Positions 1-12,207 of a stretch of 37,586 nt of DNA are shown here, piece after piece. The stretch's first letter is position 1; the number at the start of each line of letters is the position of its first letter. The stretch is taken from positions 1 to 37,586 of the forward strand of contig NW_021835747.1 of NCBI RefSeq assembly GCF_006345805.1, read 5' to 3'. Made by a program: the position numbers and the translations under genes. Origin of the DNA: Octopus sinensis (lineage: Eukaryota). Under the pieces are notes generated by a model. The model saw only the letters and a program-made list of their open reading frames with translations, did not search any database and was not told where the DNA came from.

Positions 1-1566
1 CCCTGTCGGAGGCATTGCAGGTTTCCAATGCTATGCTGGTAAAGATATATACAATATTAAGGCTATTCTCTTATTTGGGTCAGACGAACACAAGAAAAGA
101 CTTATTCCGAGTTTTATATCCTCTACAAAACAACTATCTTTGGCCTATGCTGAAAAACACTGGTAGAGGAGACCTTCTATTGTTAGTGGTTCGGATTTTA
201 GTCTCAACAAGACTGTTGCTGTGTTCGATTCAGAGAAAGATTGTTACATTTTAAATGGAGAAAAGTCGTGGGTTTGTGAAGGAGATGTGTTATTAGTCAC
301 TGCCAAATTGAAGGAATGTCAGAATCTGTTTGTAGTGGAAGACCTTTGTGGTGTAGAAATGGAGAAGGATGGGGGTTTGTTTGAAGTACGTTTTAAGGAT
401 GTAAGGGTCCCCCCTTGTAACATTATTGGGGAGGGAGTTCGGGTTGGTTGATTGTATGGTATTATAGATTGTACAAACATTGCATAGCTATGGAAGGTTG
501 GCCATATCCGCCGTAGTTCTCGGTATTCTGAAAGGACAATTGGGTAGTCTAGTTATTCATGTTTGTAGAAATATTAGTCAAGCACTCTCGGGGACATTCA
601 TCTTTTGGGAAACGACTAGTCGAACACTCCCTAATTAAGGTTTGGTGTACATTATTTTATCAATAGAGGACAATTTCGGATGTGAGTAGTACAGTTTACT
701 CAATCGAGAGTATGCTTTATCATGCTGGGAATATTTCCGACTTTGTGATGGAGTCACAGGCTCTGAAGATATACTCAACCCGTCAATGTCTCCATGTGCT
801 CTCCTCTCTGGTGGAGATATTGCCTGATGTGGGAGAGGTGTGTGGGTTGGCAAGGGAGTTGTGTGTTATGCAAGGAAGCAATAATCTAGCAAGTCTTTCC
901 ATGTCTCTCCACGGTATTCAGGAAGGTCAGGAACGTTTTGGTGGAGTGTCTGAACAAGTTTTATTGCTATTAATGACAGACAGTTGATCAATCCGTTTGA
1001 GAATGTGTGGCTTAGACTTCGTGTCCATTTGCGAATGGAGAGAGTTCCCTATTTGAAAGGAAAGCAGTCTATCAAGTTACGAATGGAGGGATACTTTCAT
1101 CAATCATTGAAGGCATCACGACGTATTGACCCCCTAGGAGCAAGCTGATGTCCTCGAAAAGTGTATTCTTCAGCTCAATGGGGCGGTTTTTTGTGTGATT
1201 CGACGAAATTTGAATATCGCGGGGGAACAGCAACTGTTTTTGGACAGAATTTCAAAAATGACTGTTTTTATTTACAGACTATTCGCATGTTTGTGCAGGA
1301 CGTCTAGATCTTTGTGTATTGGTCTTACGAGTGCTCCGATGGAGGTTGAATGGTCTGTTTGATGTCAGATGGCTATTTCTCGCTCTGTTGCAGCCGAAAC
1401 GGAGATATTGGTTGGTTGTACTGTGGAGGAGATTGAAAATGGTTGGTGTGAATATTCATTGATAGATTTAAATAAAGCAATGGATGATGCTGTGGATCAT
1501 ATCACATCCTACGTTGTGAAGAACGATGGAGAGGTCGCCTTTCATGCATTATCTAGGCAGTGGTAA
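1..1566 (+). CDS. ACAD9: Acyl-CoA dehydrogenase family member 9-like, 5' end outside window; 8 introns
   Basis: Frame closes without indels using introns 39-61, 163-186, 443-467, 544-568, 640-666, 958-983, 1113-1137 (GC-AG) and 1345-1368. Product has LFGSDEHKKRLIP, AEKHCGSD, YILNGEKSWV, YSIESM, and an ACAD9/VLCAD-type C-terminal extension (EQQLFLDRISKMTVFIY...RTSRSLCIGL...HALSRQW*). Confidence 0.8.
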
Positions 1567-1640
1567 TGTGACAGTGTGATATCATATTTTCAAATTTCTG
1601 TCGTTTTAGTATTATTTGACTAATATTTATGATTTAGAAA

Positions 1641-2388
1641 TTCATAGCTTTAAAGTCGAAAGCGCAATTATTAATTCTGACTCTTCAAGCATTAGTGTTC
1701 ACGCTTTGAGCATTTATGTCAGAGTTTCAAACATTAGCTTTTAACTGCATATAGCAAGCATTAACGTTTTTCGGGAATATTCTGTGTAAGAGTATGTGCA
1801 ATTGGAAAATCTAACAGAGAAATAAGTGATAATCAAAATATGTTTCCATCCTTCAAGTCGAATACTAAATTCGGAGATATTTAGAGCAAACCTTCTGGTG
1901 GCGATTATTTTTTTCAAATTGATTATTTACACAAGCGATACATTCTTGGTTTGGTCGAAAATACAAGATATTGATACTACAATTAAATTAAGAAAAAATA
2001 TGCAGATAATTTTCGATGTTTAAAAATTGAAATCAAAATAAAAGACCCTATGTGACAATGTAAAACGCAGAAACATACAAAAGTAAGTATCTGTTTTGCG
2101 GACTGAACAAATATGGAATCATTTTCCATGAAATTATCAATTTTTCTTTGAATGAGAAAACTGCTGAAATACATGTATGTTCCCTTTGCAGAGCAGAAAG
2201 TAAAAATTAATGAATATAATTTTGATTCTTAAAAAAATGTTGTTTTGATTTCCGTCAAAACGTTAATGTATATTTATATTCTGCTTAAAAGCTTATTTTT
2301 AGACCTCGACATTAATGCATGATTCATTAACACTAATGCTTCAAGAGTCAACACTAGTGCTTGAGCTTTTGATGTTAAAGCTCGGAAA
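1641..2388. repeat. Long imperfect inverted repeat (about 140-bp arms), foldback/MITE-like relic
   Basis: tgactcttcaagcattagtgtt (1678-1699) matches the reverse complement of 2329-2350 at 21/22. The alignment extends imperfectly over about 1641-1782 versus 2250-2388. Confidence 0.6.
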
Positions 2389-2464
2389 CCCAATTATAAT
2401 AAACCAAATGGTTAAACAAGCAATCAAAATAACAATAAACAATATTAAAGTATAATTACAAAGA

Positions 2465-3450
2465 TTATTTAGAGTTTTTATTTATGTAATCGATGCTTTT
2501 TTGAGAATGATTAATTTGAAATTTCTTAATATTTTTTGTATTTTTATACTTTTCCTTATTGTTCATAATCGTTCTCAAGAAACCACAATTCAAGCACATT
2601 TGCGTATTCACTAGTTTTATATAGTGTCGGAACATGAATTTTGTCATCTTCCTCTTCAACTTGGTCTCGCTGATTAGTTTTCTCGAAAAGTCCTGTATAA
2701 AGTTTTCTTTATCAATTTGATCATTTTCATGAATCAAAAAAATTTCATTATCTATTTCTGTCAGGTTCTGTATTAACGCATTTTCAAATGCTTTCTTGAA
2801 ACATTTTGTAATTATCAATTTTGATACTTCTAACCGACCTTGATTTATGAATATCGAGCAATTTAATAGGTTGAATTTCTTCAACTTTTTCGTGATATAT
2901 ATTACCATCATTAGTATAAAATTCAATCAAGTGTGCACATAGGAGTTATCTTTGATTTTATTATTCCTTGATCAAAAATTTGTAACTTTGATGTATTTGA
3001 AGGGAAAAAAGAGTTTCATGTTACTGAACTTTAAATCATGTGAGTATACAGTAGCATTATCAATTAGACTTTTCTTTTTGCAAAATCATTTTTTGTTCAG
3101 AAATAAGCATATATAATTCTCGCTTTTTTATTTGATTTTTATTTCATTTGTAAATTATTAATTAATTCTTTTCTTACTTTAAATCAGCGTGTATTTTGGC
3201 TTTTCCAATAACGAATGGGTTGTCGGTTTATTAGACAGATTTTTGTCCGAGTCTACAGCTTCTGTTCAACAAAAGTTTAAAAAACAATCCAGTTCGTCTA
3301 AATTAAAAATATTAGTTTGAACAATATTGTTCCAATTTTCTATTTTCAATCACATATGTTTCAAAAAATTGATTTTCCTCGCATAAAGAATGAGGAGCAA
3401 TGCAATATCGATTTTTAAAATTCTTATTGATGCTTGAAATCCTTGAATGG
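2465..3450 (-). mobile_element. pogo/Tigger-like transposase relic (frameshifted)
   Basis: Minus-strand fragments FNLDEL, NPFVIGKAK, LIDNA...NMKLFFPSNTSKLQIFDQGIIKS and FNLLNCSIFINQGRLEVSKLIITKCFKKA match Tigger/pogo DDE motifs. The 153-aa ORF at 2465-2926 is the C-terminal part. Confidence 0.7.
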
Positions 3451-3748
3451 TACCCTAAATAAATTGATATTTTTTCGAATATTAGATCCAAAATTAAAAA
3501 ATATAAATTTTAACGACTTAGTGGTGTTAAAACGATACCACAAAAATGAAAGCTAAGCTATTAACCACTACTTAAGAAGAAACCGTTATGGGCTTCATAT
3601 AGAATCTATATTATAGATGCTTATAATCATTCCCTTAGCGGAAAAATTTATTGAAAAATTAACTTAGTTTTTTCTACGCAGTTCGGTGGAAAAAATCGAA
3701 CAATGTCATCTATCAACTTGTAAAAGGAGTTATCCATTAGCTCACTTG

Positions 3749-4864
3749 CAGGGTTGTTTGGATTATTTGATTTTAATCAAAAAAATCTATAATTTAAATC
3801 ATTAAAAAATCATTTAAAATTGTTTAAATTGACTAAATTTTTTTTTCGCGGACAGAACGAGATTCCGAGCGATTTCCGAGGTAGAATCCTAAATAAGGGA
3901 TTTCCCCTGCTCGTATGGGAAGGTAGGCGTTTCCGTCCCTTCTATCTAGTCCAACAGGTTCGAGGATTGACGGGACGTCGGCGGAAGCAAGGGCTCTCTG
4001 TATGATCGAGTTGAGTTCACTATGATGGGGGCACGACTAAACGTCTGGTAGAAGGCATGATTTCTTGTGGGTTCACTTCGATAAACATATTATTCCTAGA
4101 TAAACTGGCAGTCGAGACAGATGCAGTAATTGCGGGAAGGAGGTACAAGGTCTCGTATCTTGGATAAGCAGCATTATTTGTTATGCAGAACTAAATTTGA
4201 TATCCTTGAAAATCCGTCAAAAGTTGAAAGTGGTTTAATCAGCAAATTGCCCTTGAGGATGAGAGACCAATCATTAATCAATTTCGTTACTGCGATGACG
4301 TTATCGAACAAAATTTGATAGATGTAAAATTCTCCAGGTGCGTATATTCCACTAACACTCCTTTTGCTGCTGTAGAAAATCTCGAATTTGTTTAACTTGA
4401 ATCTTCAATCCGTTGCACTAGATTTTGCCAAGTCTGCCGAGCAACGGTTTGGATGTAAAATCGGGAGTCTTGTGACAGACAATCCTGCCAACATGGCTAA
4501 AAATAGGCGGATAATGAGGCAAGATGACAGTGAAATTATTATATATGGTTGCTCGGCACATTATCTCAACGTTCTTGAAAAAGATGTAGAAATAGCTGAC
4601 TTTAAAGAAACCATTGTAAAAATAAATAAATTGAATTGAAAGAGCTGCCAAACATGTCTTTATTTACAAGCTTTTATTTATTATTTATTAAATCAAGCTT
4701 TTAAATAAATACGATTTCTATTGTTTTTATTTTTATTTATTTTTGTTTTTTAATAAAAATCATTTATTTCACAAAAATTTGATTTAAATCAAAAAAATCT
4801 AGTTTAAATAAAAAAACTGTTTTTTTTAATTTTTTAATAAAAATCATGATTTTTAACAACCCTG
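3749..4864 (+). mobile_element. Internally deleted hAT DNA transposon with TIRs and 8-bp TSD
   Basis: TIR cagggttgtt / aacaaccctg. Identical 8-bp flanks CTCACTTG at 3741-3748 and 4865-4872. BED-finger-like remnant (CSNCGKEVQGLVS..KQHYLLC) and hAT core motif LVTDNPANM...YGCSAHYLN. Confidence 0.9.
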
Positions 4865-5303
4865 CTCACTTGCCTTCAATATTGAATTTAATATTTGTAT
4901 GTTCACACAAATTTGATGTTCATTATTCTTTAAAAGTGAACACTAAAATATTTAAATAAATGCTCTTATACATTTATAAAAGTGATATTCCATTTATAAT
5001 TACTAACTAATTACTTCACTCGTTATCCGCCAACATTTTTCCTGCATCTTAAGAGTGGTTACACAATGGTTTCTTTTTGTGTCTCATAAGATCTGTTTTG
5101 CATAAATAGAGTCCATTTCCCGGCTTAAATTGTATTATGAAAGGAGACCATCATCCTGATTTGCAGCTTAATATTTTCAAAGTCAAAAGGTTTTATGTCA
5201 ATCAATCTAATATAATAATTATATAGTGATAATGCGTATTTATTTTTTGTATGAAACAAATTTTCAATATTTAGTTTTGCTTTTTATAGATTAATCCAAA
5301 TTG

Positions 5304-5433
5304 GATGACCACGGCAACCCGTGTGAGCACCGGTATTTAACCGAACGAAAATCTATAGCCATAGTCAGAGGCAATACTCTGGCTATCTGCCAATGACGAT
5401 TTTTCTCTTGTCCTTTTATTAATAAATAAAGAC
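5304..5433 (+). mobile_element. 5'-truncated CRE-like (REL endonuclease) non-LTR retrotransposon 3' end
   Basis: Encodes ..EHRYLTERKSIAIVRGNTLAICQ*, the REL C-terminus. Flanked by 15-bp direct repeat GATTAATCCAAATTG (5289-5303, 5434-5448). Confidence 0.8.
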
Positions 5434-5520
5434 GATTAATCCAAATTGAGATTGGAAATAACCAAATTAAATAAAAAAAATTAATAAGCAGTATAACTTT
5501 TTTCAGTATATTTACAACCA

Positions 5521-6856
<1,336 letters not shown>

Positions 6857-7003
6857 TTTCAAGCAGAAATATTGTTTTCGGTAAATTATTCATTTAAGGA
6901 GAGAGTATTGAGGCAAATAAATTTGTGGTTAGTTTTTAGTACAATTAGTCAGCACCAGCTTAAAAAACCTAAGAAAGTTTTAGTGTTTTGGTGTGTGTGC
7001 ATG

Positions 7004-7044
7004 TAAGGAAACTGAAATTTCAAACACTTAAGGAAACTGAAATT
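7004..7044 (+). repeat. 16-bp direct repeat TAAGGAAACTGAAATT x2 (25-bp period)
   Basis: Exact copies at 7004-7019 and 7029-7044. Confidence 0.85.
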
Positions 7045-7139
7045 CACTTTTATTTGTGTCGAGAATTTGGACTCAATTAATTTAAAACTTATGTCGGACA
7101 GATAACCAAAAGGTTTTAAAGACTATTTGTCGATTGTCG

Positions 7140-7410
7140 AAAATTTTATGAAAGGAAATGAAAATCTAATTCTTGTTGGCGACTTAAAAGCAAAGCATAT
7201 TGCTTATGTATGGGGAAGTCAAATCATGATGGAAATTGCTTATTAGAGATTAAAAAATCTTCAAATTTGAATGTATGAGGAGCTTAACGACTTTCAGCAT
7301 CAAAATGGTGATCTATTAGGATTGCTTATTGTTGCAAATTCTTTAAGTGATTTGTGTGACCGGCTTTATGTTGAAAATAACTTGGGGAGTCACCATCTTC
7401 CACAAACGAT
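7140..7410 (+). mobile_element. Degenerate LINE apurinic endonuclease (APE) relic
   Basis: NLILVGDLKAKH..WG and LLIVANSL...VENNLGSHHLP resemble the APE GDFNA and GSDH motifs; contains stops and frameshifts. Confidence 0.6.
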
Positions 7411-7767
7411 AAAATTACAAACAGTAACAGTTTTCACTGAGGATGTATTTTTTGGTTATAATATCAGCAACATCGATTGAAATCATTCTAATTTTTATGT
7501 CTATGAAATTGGCAAATACTCAATAATTGATAGTAAATCTTGATGGGATCAATTATTTGGATTAAAAAATAAGAAATATTATTCTAAAATATCATTTCGA
7601 GTAAAACCGTAAATTTTTTCTGACACTTGACTAATCATTCCATCTTTCGAAAATAAAAACTAATTTTTATTTATCAATGAAAATGGATGATGACATATTC
7701 ATTAACACGAGATTTTTATCTCATATTTAATTGACAACGAAATTAACCAATTTTGTATATAAAAAAA

Positions 7768-8052
7768 TTAATATTTATTTTTATCTAAAATTCCCTTTAA
7801 AAAATTAATTTTCATTTTTTGCATTTCAATTTGTTGTTCCAACTTTAAAATGTCATTTAAAAGAGAATTTTTTTGTGCTTCAAGGCCGATAATGAATTCG
7901 GATTTTCTCGAACGAGAATCTGATGCATATTTTCTATTTTTGAGGACTCTCCGTCGGTACCTCAGGTGATCAGCAGTTTCTGGTGGGATAGATTTCAGCA
8001 TTTCGTTAAACTCCCGGATACTCAAATCGATTAAATCACTTTCATTCAGCAT
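7768..8052 (-). CDS. Small Maf-like bZIP transcription factor (about 94 aa from ATG 8052)
   Basis: Extended homology region (DLIDLSIREFNEML), basic region RRRVLKNRKYASDSRSRK and a leucine zipper. The ORF-track GTG start at 8082 is unlikely. An upstream exon cannot be excluded. Confidence 0.8.
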   Translation of the reverse strand: MLNESDLIDLSIREFNEMLKSIPPETADHLRYRRRVLKNRKYASDSRSRKSEFIIGLEAQKNSLLNDILKLEQQIEMQKMKINFLKGILDKNKY

Positions 8053-8688
8053 AAAGTCACTAAAACCGTCAAAATTAACCACAAAATATTTTTAAAATTA
8101 TAAATAAAAAATTTCTCTTACTAATCAAAATTTTATAATTTTTTTATTGAGAAAAAATACTAAATTCTGTTTCAAGTAATTTAAAGTAGCAATTCCTAAC
8201 CGTGGTGCGAGATCTTTTAGATTTATAGTAATTTTTTTAAAAAGCAAATTTCTTTAAATGTTAGAGGATGGACAATAATAATGGAATTTTGGTGGTCTAA
8301 TAAATCTTATCTGATATATGATCATCTGATACATCTTATCAAAACTAATAGGCTTATAAAAATATTATTTTGTCCAAATTAGTAAAACAATAAACATTTT
8401 TACTCACCTTATTTAGTTTTTTAATCTCCAAGCTGAAAAAAGAATTGTTTGACTGTTCCAGTGGAGAATAGAAATCGAAATTCTTTTCCAGAGTTATGAT
8501 GATTACTGTCGCTCATTTCAAGAGAAGCTACCCTTCTCTTAATATCGTAGGTGAAGGCCGTCTTGAGATTCCCAGAGACCCTGAGATTTGAATATGACTG
8601 GCAGAAAAAGTTGATGGTTCGAAAGAACTTGTTATTTAATTTTCACACGCTTCGCTGCATTTCCAGAAAATAATAGTTTTTAAAATCC

Positions 8689-8761
8689 GGCTCTATGGCC
8701 TAATGGATAAGGCGTCGGCCTCCGGAGCCGAAGGTTGTGGGTTCGAGTCCCACTAGAGTCG
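8689..8761 (+). tRNA. tRNA-Arg, anticodon CCG
   Basis: 73 nt. Acceptor stem GGCTCTA/TAGAGTC, anticodon arm TCGGC-CT-CCG-GA-GCCGA, A box TGGCCTAATGG, B box GGTTCGAGTCC. Confidence 0.97.
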
Positions 8762-8770
8762 CTTTATGCA

Positions 8771-8775
8771 TTTTT
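8771..8775 (+). terminator. Pol III oligo-T terminator of tRNA-Arg
   Basis: TTTTT begins 10 nt after the tRNA 3' end. Confidence 0.7.
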
Positions 8776-8834
8776 ATATAAAACTCATTATTTGAACTAT
8801 TTGCTCTCACTTTGCGTTTCTCAACCGCGTTCTT

Positions 8835-8952
8835 TTATAAAGAGCCTGGAGGTCAGCTCAAAGTCGCCGCACTGCGTATCGAGTGGCAGTTTCCGCGGAG
8901 CACCGCGACCGAGATTCGCTGGAAGAGCCAGCTCGTCTCCCTCCGGTCGTTA
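8835..8952 (-). mobile_element. 5'-truncated CRE-like retrotransposon 3' end with 12-bp TSD
   Basis: Minus strand encodes DRRETSWLFQRISVAVLRGNCHSIRSAATLS*. Flanked by AACCGCGTTCTT at 8823-8834 and 8953-8964. Confidence 0.85.
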
Positions 8953-9269
8953 AACCGCGTTCTTAGAAACTTTAAAGTTCTCTAGAATTTTGAAAAAATT
9001 TATTCATAAGATTTATGATGAAAGACGATCTCGATCTGCGAGCTTTACCAGAGAAGGGTTAGATCCTCTTCAAAATGATAGCTTGCGCGTTCCTACGCAT
9101 GATTGTATCCGAGAAAAATAATTTTTGATACTGCCGCTTCAGTTATATTAATTCGTAGTTATAAAGTTGTTTTACTGACTCTTGAAAAAAATGACTTAAT
9201 AATTTTTTTAAAAAATGGAATAATACCATCCGTAATTTTTCAGGATAAGAGGAACTTTGAGGAACTTGG

Positions 9270-9690
9270 AATTCTTGACAATGACTAGGCCATCAAGTTG
9301 ATCAAGTAGAAGAAATCCTTTTTAATTTAGTCCAATCGAGCTTTTCGAGTTCATGTACATATTGATCAGTCTTCTAGTTGAGACCGTTATAGCTGTCAGC
9401 TCAATCACTGGGTCATTATTGATTAGCGACTAGGCTCGTGAAGTAGAGTTAGTGAAAAGGATTAGTTTTTTGATAAGAGTTAAAAGATCGCCGCCATTTA
9501 CAGAGTCTGGTCTGTCTTTCCGGATGTATGAGTAACCGGGGAAAACGGGCAAACAGTTTTTAAATGAGAGCTTCGTTTCTTTCACCAAAACAATGTCCAC
9601 ATCATACTTTTACATTAAAGAACATTCGCTTTTTTAACATTTTTTGTTCGGCGACATTTTTTGTTTGGTATGCAATGCCATTTTCTTTTG
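9270..9690 (-). mobile_element. LINE APE endonuclease N-terminal relic
   Basis: KYDVDIVLVKETKL...PGYSYIRKDRPDSVNGGDLLTLIK on the minus strand. Confidence 0.65.
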
Positions 9691-9695
9691 TTATA

Positions 9696-10673
9696 CAGCG
9701 ATACAAATAAAAAACGGAACAGCCAATTTCTCAATTTCTTTCTATATAATGCTTAATTTCTTTTAATAAAAAATCGAATTTCAAATAATCTTAACTTTTG
9801 CCTTTTATAAAAATCCAAACGTCAAAGATTTTAATATGTATTTAAACCAAATTTTTTTCAAACAAAATAAAAAAGAGAACAATGGTAGTTCAAAATTTAG
9901 TATGACCCCCCTGAGCATTAATTGCGTCTAAAATTCTGTTCCGCATTGTTCCAACAAGGGATGTCGCATATTCTATTGAAAGATCATTCCAAATATTTTT
10001 TAATTCCTCAAATAGGTCACTCTTTTATTTTATGTTTCATGAAGGCCCACATGTGCTCGATTGGATTCAAATCGGGACTTTGAGGAGGCCATTGTAATAA
10101 CTCAATTCGGTGTTCATTAAAAAAATCTTTAGCCACTTTGCATGTGTGCTTTGGATCCGAACATTTTACGGAATTGAAATCAACGTCAGTTTTTTGTTCA
10201 CGTTGAATTATTCCGAGATCATCAGAGTTAAGTTTAAATCTTCGTCCTGAGCCTTTTTTTCTCTGGAAGGAATCATTCATGGTGAAGTTTCGAATGACTC
10301 TCGAGATGGCACTCAGAGATCTTCCGGTAAAATTTCTTATTTCCTATATGACTTTCCGACTTTATAATACGTAATAATTTCTGCTTTTTGTTGTAATGTA
10401 AGTTGTAAAACCATGTAACAAGAATCAACACGTGTAATAAAATAAAAAATGGTTTAAAAAACTGTAAAAATAGAGAATTTTATTTTGTTCTCTTTTTTAT
10501 TTTGTTTGGACAAAACTGGATTTAATTACGGTCCGAAATATAAGTTGTTTTTATTTTTTTAAAGGCTAAAGTTATGTTTGTCTTCTAAAAATTCTATTTT
10601 TGTTAAAATAAATCAATCATTCAATAGAAACAAATCGAGAAAATGAGTGTTCCGTTTTTTATTTGTATCGCTG
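9696..10673 (-). mobile_element. Internally deleted Tc1-family transposon with IR/DR-type long inverted repeats
   Basis: TA TSD at 9694-9695 and 10674-10675. 26-bp perfect TIR cagcgatacaaataaaaaacggaaca, continuing imperfectly for about 200 bp with an inner caaaataaaaaagagaaca repeat. Transposase motif WPPQSPDLNPIEHMW. Confidence 0.92.
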
Positions 10674-10699
10674 TATCATATGATCCCCAAAACCACTCA

Positions 10700-10990
10700 A
10701 GATAATTGTCGATATCTGTTAGCTCTTCTTCGTTCCAAATATCTATTTCTTTAAAAAGCTCATTTATTTCTAATTCGTATAATGATCGTTTATAGTTTCT
10801 TCAACAGATGCACCAAACATCAATTTGAACGGTGCATAGTTAGTTGTGGAATGCTTGTAATGCACCGGCATCTGTGTTCCTTACAAACGTAAAACCCAAA
10901 CGTTGTGCAACACCGATTTTCACACAATTGTTGTCCATAAGCGTACCAAATGCGTGGAGCCAACCATGTTCGTCGAAGTGAATGTTCAAG
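10700..10990 (-). mobile_element. Mosaic relic: CRE-like fragment (about 10870-10990) next to a Ginger/gypsy-type integrase C-terminal fragment
   Basis: GWLHAFGTLMDNNCVKIGVAQRLG...EHRCRC (CRE-like), followed by YKHSTTNYAPFKLMFG (integrase end). Confidence 0.5.
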
Positions 10991-12043
10991 AGCGATTCAG
11001 TTGAATTCCTAAAGAAAATATTGCTGACAAGTTTTTATTTTGTTTGGAGCCTGAAGGACAGACTTTAAATTCACTGATTGGTCATTTCATTCCGAATTTG
11101 TACTCTTATTAAGAAATATTTTCCAGATATTGTAGCGAGACATTGCATTGCATAAATATGCACTCTGTTCAAAAATAATATTTTGTAATTATAAAATACA
11201 GACAAATCAAAATCATGATTGTAATTTTTTGGAACAACGGGAATTAATAAAGAATAAGATACAATTCTCATATTCAAAGAATTTACTCGATTGTACTATT
11301 ACAATTTTTTTCAACATCTATTTCTTTGTCATCAAATTTTGTGAAATGGTTCGTGAAAATTTTCTTCTATCTTGTTAGTGAAGGGGATATTCAAACTCAA
11401 ATGTGCCTTAGAACCACATCAAGACTTTATTTGATATATATAGAGTTTGCATTTGTTTACTTTGTATACTTTTGTCCGATTCAAAAGTTCTTTCTCACGA
11501 TTTAACTCTGTTTTAATAAGAAAAATTATGTTTTCTTATCGATGTCAAGCGATCGTGCATATTGTCGGAATTTTTGAGTTACAAGTCCATTTCATGTTAA
11601 TACAATACGTACTTTACTCTTGCATGATAAATCAATTCTGGCTCTTTAGATAAAATGTGATATTTTCTCATTTTTCAATCTCCATTTGCTGTAAATTTTG
11701 GGAAGATTTTATCCCAACTTGAGTCCAAATTCTTGACGCAAAAGAAAGTGAATTCATCTAACTACTTTATCGTGTCTCTTAATATGATCTACATGTAACA
11801 TCTTTTAACATCTAGCGGCACAGTGATTGACGTTTGTACATTTTTTACTTATTATAAACCAAGAATAATTTACTATAACATGAAATTGTCGTTTTTAAAC
11901 TAAAATTTTAGCGTATTTTTTGAAGTCCAATTTATAAATGAATATTTTTACCCAACTTCCATCGGAGAAAATTTATAACAAAAAGTATTTTAACAAAAGC
12001 ACTCTTACTAAAAATTTAATGCTTGTTAACGTAAATTTATAAT

Positions 12044-12207
12044 TATTTATGGGAAATACGGGAACTGTTCTATTAATTAGTCAATAAATTGCCGATAATT
12101 AACTGATTACTGTTTTCCCATGAAATGAACGTGCCAATGAGCAATTAATAACCAATAAAGTGTTTTGTTTTATTTTGACGTTTTTTGCCGAATATTTATG
12201 GGAAATA
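12044..12207 (+). promoter_or_regulatory. Cluster of RTGGGAA (CSL/Su(H)-like) sites at the start of the HES-like gene
   Basis: ATGGGAA at 12049-12055 (+), 12115-12121 (-) and 12198-12204 (+). The two plus sites lie in an identical 15-mer, TATTTATGGGAAATA. Function is inferred from the neighbouring gene. Confidence 0.4.
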
